This document shows positions 28,742 through 38,748 of a DNA stretch of 64,000 nucleotides, piece by piece (the stretch's first letter is position 1; each line of letters begins with the position of its first letter). The stretch comes from Catellatospora sp. KI3 (GTDB lineage Bacteria; Actinomycetota; Actinomycetes; Mycobacteriales; Micromonosporaceae). The stretch spans positions 262,479 through 326,478 of the forward strand of contig NZ_JASAMB010000002.1 of the NCBI RefSeq assembly GCF_029948125.1, in the 5' to 3' direction. A program made the translations under genes and the position numbers. The notes beneath the pieces are model-generated. The model was not told the DNA's origin, searched no databases, and worked only from the letters and a program-made list of their open reading frames with translations.

Positions 28742-29698
28742 GTGCCAATGGGCAAGAAGGTCACCGTCGTCGGCGCCGGTTTCTACGGCTCGACCACCGC
28801 GCAGCGGCTCGCCGAGTACGACGTCTTCGAGACCGTCGTGCTGACCGACATCATCGAGGGCAAGCCGGAGGGCCTGGCCCTGGACCTCAACCAGTCGCGG
28901 TCCATCGAGGGCTTCGAGACCAAGGTGATCGGTGCCACCACCGGCGTCGACGGCTCGGGCTACGAGGCGATCGCGGGCTCTGACATCGTCGTGATCACCG
29001 CTGGCCTGCCGCGCAAGCCGGGCATGAGCCGCATGGACCTGCTCGAGGTCAACGCCAAGATCGTGCGCGGGGTGGCCGAGCAGGTCGCCAAGCACGCGCC
29101 GAACGCCATCGTCATCGTGGTGTCCAACCCGCTGGACGAGATGACCGCGCTGGCCCAGCTGGCCACCCAGTTCCCGAAGAACCGGGTCATCGGCCAGGCC
29201 GGCATGCTCGACACCGCGCGCTTCACCCACTTCGTGGCCGAGGAGCTGAAGGTTCCGGTCGGCTCGGTAAAGACGCTGACCCTGGGCTCGCACGGCGACA
29301 CCATGGTGCCGGTCCCGTCGCGCTGCACCGTCGACGGCAAGCCGCTGTCCGACCTGCTGCCCGCCGAGAAGATCGAGGAGCTGGTCACCCGTACCCGCAA
29401 CGGTGGTGCCGAGGTCGTGGCGCTGCTCAAGACGGGTTCGGCGTACTACGCGCCGTCGGCGGCCGCCGCCCGCATGGCCAAGGCCGTGGCGGAGGACTCC
29501 GGCGAGGTCATGCCGGTCTGCGCCTGGGTCGACGGCGAGTACGGCATCTCCGGCGTCTACCTGGGTGTCGAGGCCGCGATCGGCGCCACCGGCGCCAAGA
29601 ACATCGTGCTGACCGACCTCAGCGAGTCGGAGCTGGCCGGTCTGAAGGAGGCCGCCGAGGCCGTCCGCGCCAAGCAGGCCGACGTAGCCGGGCTCTGA
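28742..29698 (+). CDS. mdh: Malate dehydrogenase (LDH-like MDH family)
   Basis: KVTVVGAGFYGSTTA NAD-binding motif and ITAGLPRKPGMSRMDL catalytic region. Confidence 0.9.
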   Translation: MPMGKKVTVVGAGFYGSTTAQRLAEYDVFETVVLTDIIEGKPEGLALDLNQSRSIEGFETKVIGATTGVDGSGYEAIAGSDIVVITAGLPRKPGMSRMDLLEVNAKIVRGVAEQVAKHAPNAIVIVVSNPLDEMTALAQLATQFPKNRVIGQAGMLDTARFTHFVAEELKVPVGSVKTLTLGSHGDTMVPVPSRCTVDGKPLSDLLPAEKIEELVTRTRNGGAEVVALLKTGSAYYAPSAAAARMAKAVAEDSGEVMPVCAWVDGEYGISGVYLGVEAAIGATGAKNIVLTDLSESELAGLKEAAEAVRAKQADVAGL

Positions 29699-29706
29699 CC
29701 CGCACC

Positions 29707-29738
29707 GAAAGGTCCCGCCCGCTCGGGCGGGACCTTTC
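29707..29738. terminator. Bidirectional terminator GAAAGGTCCCGCCCG-CTC-GGGCGGGACCTTTC
   Basis: Perfect inverted repeat between convergent mdh (+) and the 29744-30271 (-) gene. Confidence 0.7.
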
Positions 29739-29743
29739 GCGTC

Positions 29744-30271
29744 TCAGGCGCGATCGGAGGCGGGCCATATGTAGGGCAGGTCGTCCGGCTGGTCGCCGAA
29801 GAGCGGGCGGTAGAACTCCGGGTCCTTGCGCAGCAGCGCGGCGCGGTGACTCGCGTGGAAGGCCGGATCGCCCAGCCAGGGCGGCAGTTCACCCGCGGCG
29901 GCGAGCGTGTCCTGGTCGCGTACCGCGCGGATGCCGCGGGCGGCGGCCAGGTCGGTGCCCAGGGTCGCGGCGCAGGTGTCGGCGCGGTCGGTGGCGCGCC
30001 AACTGCCGCAGATCTCCAGTCCGTACCGGACCAGCGCCTCCTCGTACCCGGTCCACATCTTCACGGCCGGGTGGTGGCGCCAGCCGTAGCCGGGCACGAC
30101 CAGGCCGCGCAGCACCTGGATCGTCTCGACCCGCTGCTTGCCCAGCCGCCTGGGGTCCAGCGCCGCCGCACTGGCCGCGAAGTCCGGGTACGGCAGGAAC
30201 GTCTGCACGCCGTGCGATACCCGGTACGGCGGGCGGGCAAACGCCCGCAGGGGCTGCGGTGGACGTGTCAC
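29744..30271 (-). CDS. Conserved hypothetical protein (MSMEG_6728-like family; possibly pyrimidine-dimer DNA glycosylase-like)
   Basis: 175 aa. VQTFLPYPDFAASAAALDPRRLGKQRVETIQVLRGL... resembles a conserved actinobacterial family. Adjacent to ung. Confidence 0.45.
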   Translation of the reverse strand: MTRPPQPLRAFARPPYRVSHGVQTFLPYPDFAASAAALDPRRLGKQRVETIQVLRGLVVPGYGWRHHPAVKMWTGYEEALVRYGLEICGSWRATDRADTCAATLGTDLAAARGIRAVRDQDTLAAAGELPPWLGDPAFHASHRAALLRKDPEFYRPLFGDQPDDLPYIWPASDRA

Positions 30272-30969
30272 ACCAGGGCACTAGGGTGACCGGCATGGCA
30301 TTGGACCTGCTCGAACTGTTGCCCGCCGAGTGGCGCGACGTGATGAAGCCGCATCTGGACCTCGACGCCACCGCGAAGCTCTCCGCCTTCGTCGAGGCCG
30401 AGTACGCCGCCGGCCCGGTCTTCCCGCCCGTCGAGGACCTGTTCACCGCGTTCCGGCTGACCTCCCCGGCGCACACCCGGGTGCTGATCCTGGGGCAGGA
30501 CCCCTACTTCAAGCCCGGCCAGGCGCACGGGCTGAGCTTCAGCGTCCGCCCCGGCGTGCCGGTGCCGCCGAGCCTGCGCAACGTCTACAAGGAGCTCAAG
30601 GACGACCTGGGCGTGAACCCGCCGTCCAACGGCGACCTGACCGGCTGGGCGGCGCAGGGCGTGCTCCTGCTCAACGCGGTCATGACCGTCCGCTCAGGCA
30701 CCCCTGCCACCCACGCCAACCAGGGCTGGGAGCAGTTCACCGACGCCGCGATCAAGGCCGTCAACGACTCGCCGTACCGGGTGGTGTTCGTGCTCTGGGG
30801 GTCGTACGCGCGTAAGAAGGCGGCGCTGGTGCGCAACCCGCAGCACACGGTGCTGGAGGCCGGTCACCCGAGCCCGATGAACCAGAAGGGGTTCCTGGGC
30901 AGCAAGCCGTTCTCGCAGATCAAGACCGCCCTGGCCGAGGCCGGGCGGGGCGAGATCAACTGGGGCTGA
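30259..30969 (+). CDS. ung: Uracil-DNA glycosylase (family 1)
   Basis: GQDPYF water-activating loop, the HPSPMNQ minor-groove intercalation motif, and LLLNAV. Start may be the internal Met at 30295. Confidence 0.85.
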   Translation: MDVSHQGTRVTGMALDLLELLPAEWRDVMKPHLDLDATAKLSAFVEAEYAAGPVFPPVEDLFTAFRLTSPAHTRVLILGQDPYFKPGQAHGLSFSVRPGVPVPPSLRNVYKELKDDLGVNPPSNGDLTGWAAQGVLLLNAVMTVRSGTPATHANQGWEQFTDAAIKAVNDSPYRVVFVLWGSYARKKAALVRNPQHTVLEAGHPSPMNQKGFLGSKPFSQIKTALAEAGRGEINWG

Positions 30970-30974
30970 CGATG

Positions 30975-31008
30975 GCGGGGGCGGCCCAGCGGACCGCCCC
31001 CGCCTCGG
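30975..31008. terminator. Bidirectional terminator GGCGGGGGCGGCC-CAGC-GGACCGCCCCCGCC
   Basis: GC-rich inverted repeat between convergent ung (+) and the flotillin-like gene (-). Confidence 0.5.
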
Positions 31009-31009
31009 T

Positions 31010-32992
31010 TCACTCCGGCTCGGTCCGCTGGAGCGGGATCCTGCCGTCGTGCAGGGCCCGCATCAGCGTGGCGGCCAGGCCGTCGAGGCTGGAGCCGCCG
31101 GTGACCAGTACCTCCGGCATGATGTTGATCTTTCCTTCGGCGATGGCGTTGGCCAGCGCGACCAGCGCGGTCGGCAGCTCGCCGATGGCGTCGCGCTGCG
31201 CCTGGAAACCGGCCGCGCGGGCCAGCCCCAGCGCCTCGGTCGCCTTCGCCTCGGCCAGGCCGACCGCCTGGGCCCGGTCGGCCTCGGCCTGGCCGGTGAG
31301 CCGCACGTACGCGGCCTGACCGCCCGCCTCCGCCTCTCGGGCCTTCGCCTTGTTGCCGCTGATCTCCACCGAGACCGCCGCCGAGGCGAGCTCGGCCTGC
31401 ATGTCGGCGGTGCCCCGGGCCTTCTCCATCTGCACGCGCACCGTCTCGGCCCGCTGCTGCTCCTCGTAGGTGGCCCGCTGCTGGTTGGCGATCTCGCGGT
31501 GCGTCAGCACCTCGACCAGCTCCGGCGGGAACACCACGTCCTGGATGTAGACGCCCCGGGTCTCCACGTCGTACCCGGCCAGGTACTGCGTGATCGCCGC
31601 GTACGCGGCCTGCTGCACCTCGTGCCGGGTCTCGATGAACTTGATCGCCTCCAGGGCCTGCAGCGTGTTGCGGAAGTGGTTGCCCACCGCCGACTGCAGC
31701 ACCTCGTTCACCAGGTTCAGCATCGTGCCGACCATGGAGATGACCCGCGGCGCGCGGCCGTCGGAGACATGGATCTGCACCTGCAGGTCGATCCGGAACA
31801 CGAACCCCTCGCGGCTCTTGCCGATGATCGGCTCCAGCCGCGCGTCGAGGTCGTGCGCGGTCGACATGTGGTGCGCCCAGTTCAGCGTCAGGATGAAGGT
31901 CGGCACCAGCTCGGCGGCGTAGATGCGCGGGTTGATCGCGTACTTGCCGGTGCGCAGCGGCTCCTGCCAGATGCCCCGGTGGCCCGGCCGCACGATGCTG
32001 CCGAACTTGAAGTCGGTGCCGGAGGTGTCCAGCGTGGGCAGGCCCACGAACCCCTTGACCACGGCCACCTGGCCCTGGTTGACCACCAGCATCGGCACCA
32101 TCTCGACCAGCACCAGGAACGGGTTGAGCAGGTACGCGCCGTACAGCAGCGGATCGTGCTGCAGGCCGATCCGGCCGCCCGCGTCCAGGAACGCCTGGAA
32201 GTCCTGGTAGTTGTTGTGCACCTCGTTCTTCGAGCCCAGCAGCACGTCCATGATCTCGGCGTCGCTGGTCTCCGGGTGCTCCTCCATGGCGGCGATGTCA
32301 TGGAACCCGCCCAGGCGGCTGGCCAGGTCACCGGAGGGCAGCGGCTCGCCCTCCAGCACCGTGACCAGGCCGATCATGTCCTTGTCGCCGTGCGGCGAGA
32401 TCACCACCACCTTCAACCGCTCGGCCGTAAGCCCGAACGCGGCGGGGGTCAGCTTCTTGCTCGCGGCCAGGGCCTGCAACTCCGGCGCCACCGGTACGCC
32501 GAACACCGAGCGGGCCGTGATGACCAGGAAGGCGACCGGGTGGATCGGGACCAGGGTGCCGGGCGGCAGCACCGGCCGCTGCACACCCTTCTCGCCGCCG
32601 GCGGTGACGAACCCGCGCAGGCCGGAGAAGTTGCCGAACTCGGGACGGTAGCGGGCGCTCTTAGCGCCGATCGGCAGCGCCGCGCCGACCTGGGCGATCA
32701 CCACGCCGATCTCCCCGGCGGGCACCTGCACCCAGGGGAACTTGGTGACCGAGTAGACCGGCCACAGCTTGAAGCGCTGGCCGGGCATGAGCAGGTCGGC
32801 CTGGTAGCCGGCCTCCCCGGCGAACGCGACCGGGTTGTCGTCGGCGAGCTTGCGGCCGACCCGCTTGGTGACCAGGCCGACCTCGGTGGGCCCGATCCTG
32901 TGGGTGGACTTGAGCATGACGATGAGCAGCAGTACGCCGACGATCACCAGGGTGGTGAGCGCCGGCAGGAATGGCAGCGGGTCGCTGTCCAT
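31010..32992 (-). CDS. SPFH/band-7 (flotillin-like, YqiK-type) membrane protein
   Basis: Start [27 protein letters not shown] (TM). SPFH domain and a long C-terminal Ala/Glu/Gln-rich coiled coil (flotillin repeats). The track ORF extends to 33262 upstream of the probable start. Confidence 0.8.
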   Translation of the reverse strand: MDSDPLPFLPALTTLVIVGVLLLIVMLKSTHRIGPTEVGLVTKRVGRKLADDNPVAFAGEAGYQADLLMPGQRFKLWPVYSVTKFPWVQVPAGEIGVVIAQVGAALPIGAKSARYRPEFGNFSGLRGFVTAGGEKGVQRPVLPPGTLVPIHPVAFLVITARSVFGVPVAPELQALAASKKLTPAAFGLTAERLKVVVISPHGDKDMIGLVTVLEGEPLPSGDLASRLGGFHDIAAMEEHPETSDAEIMDVLLGSKNEVHNNYQDFQAFLDAGGRIGLQHDPLLYGAYLLNPFLVLVEMVPMLVVNQGQVAVVKGFVGLPTLDTSGTDFKFGSIVRPGHRGIWQEPLRTGKYAINPRIYAAELVPTFILTLNWAHHMSTAHDLDARLEPIIGKSREGFVFRIDLQVQIHVSDGRAPRVISMVGTMLNLVNEVLQSAVGNHFRNTLQALEAIKFIETRHEVQQAAYAAITQYLAGYDVETRGVYIQDVVFPPELVEVLTHREIANQQRATYEEQQRAETVRVQMEKARGTADMQAELASAAVSVEISGNKAKAREAEAGGQAAYVRLTGQAEADRAQAVGLAEAKATEALGLARAAGFQAQRDAIGELPTALVALANAIAEGKINIMPEVLVTGGSSLDGLAATLMRALHDGRIPLQRTEPE

Positions 32993-33197
32993 GTCCTCAT
33001 CTCCTCGGATGAGTCGGGCTCGGGTCGGCCGGAGCGTAGACCCCGGCGGCAAGGCGCCGAACCGGACATCGGTGAGGCGTGGGCCACCCCGGGGTTGCGG
33101 CAGGTCGGTACGGCAGTACGCTCGTACTGCTAAGTCGTGCGACCGCCGCCCGGCGCCCTGCCGCCGGACGCCCGAAGGTAAGAGGAGCGCCTGCGAG

Positions 33198-34415
33198 ATG
33201 GCGAAGATCAAGGTAAACAACCCCGTCGTCGAGCTCGACGGCGACGAGATGACCCGGATCATCTGGAAGCAGATCCGCGAGCAGCTGATCCTGCCCTACC
33301 TCGACGTGGAGCTGGAGTACTACGACCTCGGCATGGAGCACCGCGACGCCACCGACGACCAGGTGACGATCGACGCGGCGAACGCGATCAAGCGGCACGG
33401 CGTGGGCGTCAAGTGCGCCACCATCACCCCGGACGAGGCCCGGGTCGCCGAGTTCGGCCTGAAGAAGATGTGGAAGTCGCCCAACGGCACCATCCGCAAC
33501 ATCCTCGGCGGCGTCATCTTCCGCGAGCCGATCATCATGAGCAACGTGCCGCGGCTCGTGCCGGGCTGGACCAAGCCGATCGTCGTCGGCCGCCACGCCC
33601 ACGGTGACCAGTACAAGGCCACCGACTTCGTGGTGCCCGGCCCCGGCAAGGTGACCGTCACCTACACCCCGGCCGACGGCAGCGAGCCGATGGAGTTCAA
33701 CATCGCCGACTTCCCCGGCGGTGGCGTGGCCATGGGCATGTACAACTACGACGACTCGATCCGCGACTTCGCGCGGGCGTCGTTCAGCTACGGCCTGCTG
33801 CGCGAGTACCCGGTCTACCTGTCGACCAAGAACACGATCCTCAAGGCGTACGACGGCCGGTTCAAGGACATCTTCGCCGAGATCTTCGAGTCCGAGTTCA
33901 AGGCGGAGTTCGAGGCCAAGGGCCTGACCTACGAGCACCGGCTGATCGACGACATGGTCGCCGCCGCGCTCAAGTGGGAGGGCGGGTACGTCTGGGCCTG
34001 CAAGAACTACGACGGTGACGTGCAGTCCGACATCGTGGCGCAGGGCTTCGGCTCGCTGGGCCTGATGACCTCCGTGCTGATGACGCCCGACGGCCGTACC
34101 GTCGAGGCCGAGGCCGCGCACGGCACGGTCACCCGGCACTATCGCCAGTGGCAGAAGGGCGAGAAGACGTCGACCAACCCGATCGCGTCGATCTTCGCCT
34201 GGACCCGGGGCCTGGCCCACCGCGGCAAGCTGGACGGCACCCCGGCGGTGACCGACTTCGCGAACACGCTGGAGCAGGTCATCATCGAGACCGTCGAGGG
34301 CGGCGCGATGACCAAGGACCTCTCGCTGCTGATCTCGCGCGACGCGCCGTGGCAGACCACCGAGGAGTTCATGAACACCCTGGACACGGCGCTGGCCCGC
34401 AAGCTCGCGGCCTGA
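33198..34415 (+). CDS. icd: NADP-dependent isocitrate dehydrogenase (homodimeric eukaryotic-type)
   Basis: [23 protein letters not shown]... and [24 protein letters not shown] upstream. Confidence 0.9.
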   Translation: MAKIKVNNPVVELDGDEMTRIIWKQIREQLILPYLDVELEYYDLGMEHRDATDDQVTIDAANAIKRHGVGVKCATITPDEARVAEFGLKKMWKSPNGTIRNILGGVIFREPIIMSNVPRLVPGWTKPIVVGRHAHGDQYKATDFVVPGPGKVTVTYTPADGSEPMEFNIADFPGGGVAMGMYNYDDSIRDFARASFSYGLLREYPVYLSTKNTILKAYDGRFKDIFAEIFESEFKAEFEAKGLTYEHRLIDDMVAAALKWEGGYVWACKNYDGDVQSDIVAQGFGSLGLMTSVLMTPDGRTVEAEAAHGTVTRHYRQWQKGEKTSTNPIASIFAWTRGLAHRGKLDGTPAVTDFANTLEQVIIETVEGGAMTKDLSLLISRDAPWQTTEEFMNTLDTALARKLAA

Positions 34416-34570
34416 TCAGGCGTTTCCTGCCCTGTCTGGCGTCGTTGGACAGGGCATAAAACGGAATAATCCCGCCTGAAAGTCCCTTCCCAAAGACCAG
34501 ACCCGCGCCCGTGCGGGTCTGGTCTTTTTCATACGGGCGCCCATCTGCCGCGCGCGCCCCGCCACGACCA

Positions 34571-34632
34571 TGCAGTTTCGGGGAAAGTGCACGAATCTTG
34601 GCCCCGTTTCGTGCACTTTCCCCGAAACTGCA
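34571..34632. repeat. Dispersed palindromic repeat family A, copy 2 (perfect 26-bp arms)
   Basis: TGCAGTTTCGGGGAAAGTGCACGAA-tcttggcccc-gTTTCGTGCACTTTCCCCGAAACTGCA. Located between convergent icd and the 34697 gene. Confidence 0.8.
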
Positions 34633-34696
34633 CCAACGCGCGCCGCCCCCGCCCCCGCGGCGCGGCGGCGCGGCGCGGCGCGGCGCGCGGGGCGGG

Positions 34697-36019
34697 TCAG
34701 GAGGGTGGGAGCCAGACGGGGCCGTCGGGGGTGTCGCGGACCTCGATGCGGGCGGCGGCGAGGGCGTCGCGGACCTGGTCGGCGGCGGGCCAGTCGCGGC
34801 GTTCGCGGGCGGATCGGCGTACCGCGAGCAGGGCGTCGACCAGCGGGGTGAGCAGCGAAGTCGGGTCGGCGCTGCCCGCCAGCTGGCCCAGCCGCACCAC
34901 CATGCCGCGCAGCAGGCCGCGCGCGTGGTCGCCGTCGGCGGAGACGTTGGTGTCAGCCGTCCAGTCGGTGATCACCTGCTCCAGTTCGAGGGCCGCCGCG
35001 ACGCAGCCGTCCACGTCCCGGGCGGCCAGCGCCGCCCCGAACCGCACGTCCACCTCGTCGGCCGCCTCCCGCAGGCTCGTCGGCGTGTGCCGCGCACCGC
35101 GTTGACCGCCCCCGTCACCACCCGCCGACCCGCCGACCTCCCCCGCCTGCCCCACTTCCCCCGCCTGCCCCGCCTGCCCCGCCGCTCCAGCGGATTCGGC
35201 GTTAAGAAGGGTCCCTTCTGCTACGGGAAGCGATAAGAAGGGGCCCTTCCTTTCTTCGGGGAAGGGGAGGGGGAGGGTGGTGCCGGAGGGGTAGGTGGTG
35301 CTTTCGCCGCGGCGGCGCAGGGTCAGCCGGCCGTTGCCGGTGACGGTGGCGGTGCGCTGGTCGAGGTCGCAGATCAGGGCGGTGTGCTCGTCGACCCCGA
35401 CGATCACGTGGTCGTCGGGCAGTTCGCGTTCGAGCAGGCGCAGGCGGGGCTCGCCGAGGTAGCAGTAGCGGGTGTCGTGGTGGCCGCCCTCGGCGTTGTC
35501 GTAGTGCGGGATGACGACCGCTGGCACGCCGGTGAGCTGCTGGAACAGGTTCAGGCCGGGGAGCCAGTGGGGTTCGGCGCCGGCTTTGTAGATCTCGTAC
35601 ACGGGGATGGTGTGCGAGCCGAGGGTGAGCGCGGCGGCGCTGGCGAAGACGAGCACGTCGGCTCGGGGCAGCACCGCGGGCAGGTCGGTGTCGCGCCACT
35701 GGCGCAGGGCGTACGAGGGCGAGCCCGGCCCGGCGAAGATCCAGCTCGCGCCGCGCAGGTCGGTGAGGGCGCGTTCCCGGTCGAGTCCGGGCTCGGGGGT
35801 GCGGCGCCAGGTGACGACCTCGACGGTCTGCCCGACGCTCTGCGCGAAGTAGCCGACCGCGCGGGCGCTGATCTCGTCGGCGTTGAGCTGGAACCCGTAC
35901 GGCGTGTCGAGCAGGACGGCCCGGCCGTCCGGCGGCAGTGCGGCGAACAGGGCGCGGTGCGGTTTGATCATCGTGGGGGTGGTCTCGCCGGAGCCCATGA
36001 CCACCAGCAGCCGGGTCAT
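34697..36019 (-). CDS. Two-domain protein: N-terminal class-I glutamine-amidotransferase-like/peptidase S51-like domain fused via a Gly/Ala/Gln low-complexity linker to a cysteinyl-tRNA-synthetase C-terminal-like domain
   Basis: MTRLLVVMGSGETTP... N-terminus. Linker GQAGQAGEVGQAGEVGG. C-terminus ADQVRDALAAARIEVRDTPDGPVWLP resembles the CysRS C-terminal anticodon-binding module. The track fuses it with upstream sequence to 36742. Confidence 0.45.
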   Translation of the reverse strand: MTRLLVVMGSGETTPTMIKPHRALFAALPPDGRAVLLDTPYGFQLNADEISARAVGYFAQSVGQTVEVVTWRRTPEPGLDRERALTDLRGASWIFAGPGSPSYALRQWRDTDLPAVLPRADVLVFASAAALTLGSHTIPVYEIYKAGAEPHWLPGLNLFQQLTGVPAVVIPHYDNAEGGHHDTRYCYLGEPRLRLLERELPDDHVIVGVDEHTALICDLDQRTATVTGNGRLTLRRRGESTTYPSGTTLPLPFPEERKGPFLSLPVAEGTLLNAESAGAAGQAGQAGEVGQAGEVGGSAGGDGGGQRGARHTPTSLREAADEVDVRFGAALAARDVDGCVAAALELEQVITDWTADTNVSADGDHARGLLRGMVVRLGQLAGSADPTSLLTPLVDALLAVRRSARERRDWPAADQVRDALAAARIEVRDTPDGPVWLPPS

Positions 36020-36855
36020 GCCGCCGCCTCCGCGCCGGGGACCAGGGTGAGCAGGTCGGCGGCGACCCGGGCCGGGTGCTGGGCGTGCAGGTCGTGGTCG
36101 GAGTCGGGGTACCAGCTGATGCGGGCGTGGGGCAGGGCGGCGGCGGCCGAGCGGATCTGGTCGGCGCGCTCGTCGTCGGGGCCGCGCGCGGGCAGCAGCA
36201 GCGCGGGGACGGTGACCAGGGGCAGGTCGGCGCCGGCGGGCTCGTCCCACATCGAGCGCAGGATGCGCAGGTGGTGCGGGATGGTCAGGCGCCGCCACAT
36301 GGTGCCGTCGGCCTCGACGCGCAGGTTGGCCAGGGTGGCCGCCTTCGCGGTGGCCGACCAGTCCGGGTGGCTCGACTCCAGCCAGCCGCGCAGGTCGGCG
36401 GCGGGGCGGCCGTCGATGTCGCCGGGGCGCAGGGCCGCCTCGCAGGCCGCCCAGTCGGGGAACATCGCGGGCAGGTCGATCCAGCCGCCGTCGACCAGGC
36501 CGAGCGAGCCCGGCAGGTGCGGGTGCTTGGCGGCCAGGCGCACCACCACGTTGCCGCCCCAGGACTGTCCGACGACGACGGGCCGGGCCAGCCCGAGCGC
36601 CGCGATGATCGCGGCGAGGTCGTCGGCGGCGGTGCCGGTGTCGTATCCGTGCTCGGGCGCGTCGGACTCGCCGTGCCCGCGCAGATCCACCGACCAGCTC
36701 GGATGCCCGGCCGCGGCGAGGTGGCCGGCCACCTCGTCCCACAGCCGGGCGTTGGAGGACAGCCCGTGTACCAGTAGAAACGGCTCACCGGAGCCGTCTC
36801 GGTGGCGCAGCCGCAGCACTACGCCGGGTTCGACCTCGACCTCGATGTCGTTCAC
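36016..36855 (-). CDS. Alpha/beta-fold hydrolase
   Basis: HGLSSN oxyanion region, GQSWGG nucleophile elbow, C-terminal His. Overlaps the downstream gene by 4 nt. Confidence 0.75.
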   Translation of the reverse strand: MNDIEVEVEPGVVLRLRHRDGSGEPFLLVHGLSSNARLWDEVAGHLAAAGHPSWSVDLRGHGESDAPEHGYDTGTAADDLAAIIAALGLARPVVVGQSWGGNVVVRLAAKHPHLPGSLGLVDGGWIDLPAMFPDWAACEAALRPGDIDGRPAADLRGWLESSHPDWSATAKAATLANLRVEADGTMWRRLTIPHHLRILRSMWDEPAGADLPLVTVPALLLPARGPDDERADQIRSAAAALPHARISWYPDSDHDLHAQHPARVAADLLTLVPGAEAAA

Positions 36856-36865
36856 ATGTACGAAT

Positions 36866-37897
36866 CTAGAGGTTCACAGCCCGTAGCGCAGCAGCCGCCT
36901 GCTCCGGCGCGATGTCGTTCACCCACGCGCCCATCGAGGACTCGGACCCGGCCAGGTATTTCAGCTTGCCGGGGGCGCGGCGGCTGCTGAAGATGCGCAG
37001 GTGCAGGTAGCCCAGCTCGCGGTCGGTCCGCACGGGCGCCTGGTGCCAGCCCGCGACGTACGGCATGGGCAGGTCGAACAGGCCGTCCAGGCGGCGGGCC
37101 ACCTCGGACCACAGGGGCGCGCCCGCGTCGAGTTCGGTCTCGGTGAGCGCGGCGAGGTCGGGCACCTGGCGGTTCGGCGCGATGTGGATCTCGTACGGCC
37201 AGCGGGCGGCGTACGGGACGAAGGCGGTCCAGAACTCGTTGGCCGCCACCACCCGCTCGCCGGAGGAGCGTTCGGCGGCCAGGAGGTCGGCGTAGAGGTT
37301 GGTGCCGGTGCCCAGGTCCCGGTGGCGGCGGGCGGCGTCGAGGTACCGTCTGGTCACCGGGGTGACGTACGGGTAGCCGTAGATCTGGCCGTGCGGGTGG
37401 TGCAGCGTCACGCCGATCTCGACGCCCCGGTTCTCGAAGCAGAACACCTGCTCGACCCCGCCCAGGGCGGACAGCTCGGCGGTGCGGTCGGCCAGCACGC
37501 TGAGCAGGGTGCGTACGCGGGAGACGGGCAGTTCGCGGAAGGACGCGTCGTGGTCGGGGGAGAAGCAGACGACCTCGCAGCGGCCGGACTCGCCGGAGAA
37601 GGAGGGGAACCGGTTCTCGAACACCACCACGTCGTAGTCGTCGGCGGGCACCTCGGTCTGGAACTGCTCGGTCGACGGGCACAGCGGGCACTCGGCGGTC
37701 GAGGGCAGCAGCGGCCGCCCCTGCCGGTGCGCGGCGACGGCGACCCACTCGTCGGTCAGCGCGTCGAAGCGCAGCTGGGCCGGGGGTGGCGGCGGGGGCA
37801 GTTCGCGCTGGTCGACGGTGGCGCGGACCGCGTCGTCGCGCTCGTCGAAGTAGATGAGTTCACGGCCGTCGGCCATGGTGACGGAGGTTCGCTTCAC
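36866..37897 (-). CDS. galT: Galactose-1-phosphate uridylyltransferase (HIT-family, GalT)
   Basis: CPLCP zinc motif and HPHGQI active-site HxHxQ motif. Confidence 0.8.
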   Translation of the reverse strand: MKRTSVTMADGRELIYFDERDDAVRATVDQRELPPPPPPAQLRFDALTDEWVAVAAHRQGRPLLPSTAECPLCPSTEQFQTEVPADDYDVVVFENRFPSFSGESGRCEVVCFSPDHDASFRELPVSRVRTLLSVLADRTAELSALGGVEQVFCFENRGVEIGVTLHHPHGQIYGYPYVTPVTRRYLDAARRHRDLGTGTNLYADLLAAERSSGERVVAANEFWTAFVPYAARWPYEIHIAPNRQVPDLAALTETELDAGAPLWSEVARRLDGLFDLPMPYVAGWHQAPVRTDRELGYLHLRIFSSRRAPGKLKYLAGSESSMGAWVNDIAPEQAAAALRAVNL

Positions 37898-37907
37898 GGC
37901 TCTCTCA

Positions 37908-38666
37908 CTACTGGTCGGTCAGTTCGACGGCGCACAGCTCCCGTACCCCCTCGGGGGGTTCGGCGTCGGTGATGAGCAGGTGCGCCGCGGGCAGTGACGC
38001 GATCGAGGCGATGCCGAGGGTGTCCCACTTGGTGTGGTCGGCCACCACGATCAGGCGGCGGGTGGCGCGGATCAGCGCCCGGTCGGTCTCTGCTTCGAGC
38101 AGGTTCGGGGTGGTCAGCCCGGCCTCGACGCTCATTCCGTGCACCCCGAGGAACAGCTGGTCGACGTGCAGGTCGTGCAGCGCGGCGATGGCGATCGGGC
38201 CGACCAGGGCATCGGAGGGGGTACGGGTGCCGCCGGTGAGCACCACCGTCTGGTCTGGACGGCCGGAGCGGTAGAACACGTCGGCGACCGGGATCGAGTT
38301 GGTGACCACGGTCAGCCCCGGCACGTCGACCAGGCGCTGGGCGATGCGCACCGTGGTGGTGCCCGCCGACAGCGCGACGGCGCTGCCGGGCTGCACGTGC
38401 GCGGCGGCGGCCTCGGCCAGGGCGGCCTTCTCCGCGCGCTGGCGCTCGGCCTTGGCGGCGAAGCCGGGCTCGTCGGCGACGCCGGACGGGGGCGCGGTCG
38501 CCCCGCCGTGCACCTTGAGCACCAGGCCGCGCTCGGCCAGGACCTCCAGGTCGCGGCGGATGGTCATGTCGGAGACGCCGAGCTCGGCGACGAGGTCGGC
38601 CACGCGTACGCCGCCGGCCCGGCGGACCTGCGCGAGGATCGCCTGCTGGCGCTGCGGCGCGAGCAC
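37908..38666 (-). CDS. DeoR-family transcriptional regulator
   Basis: N-terminal HTH (RQQAILAQVRRAGGVRVADLVAELGVSDMTIRRDLEVL) and C-terminal DeoR sugar-binding domain. GTG start with GGAGG RBS. The track ORF begins at 38735. Confidence 0.75.
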   Translation of the reverse strand: MLAPQRQQAILAQVRRAGGVRVADLVAELGVSDMTIRRDLEVLAERGLVLKVHGGATAPPSGVADEPGFAAKAERQRAEKAALAEAAAAHVQPGSAVALSAGTTTVRIAQRLVDVPGLTVVTNSIPVADVFYRSGRPDQTVVLTGGTRTPSDALVGPIAIAALHDLHVDQLFLGVHGMSVEAGLTTPNLLEAETDRALIRATRRLIVVADHTKWDTLGIASIASLPAAHLLITDAEPPEGVRELCAVELTDQ

Positions 38667-38748
38667 TCTGCCTCCCGAATTCACCAACTTCCAACAAGGT
38701 TCAACACCGTATCGTACGTCAGTGCGCACGGGCAATGGTGAGCGGTGC

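Noticed and set aside
34570-34851. Small ORFs reading through repeat family A (e.g. MQFRGKCTNLGPVSCTFPET...; MHEYRPRYLQFLRNRTK... at 58697)
   Set aside because: The same peptide-like strings recur only because the ORFs cross the dispersed DNA repeat. There is no RBS and no conservation outside the repeat.
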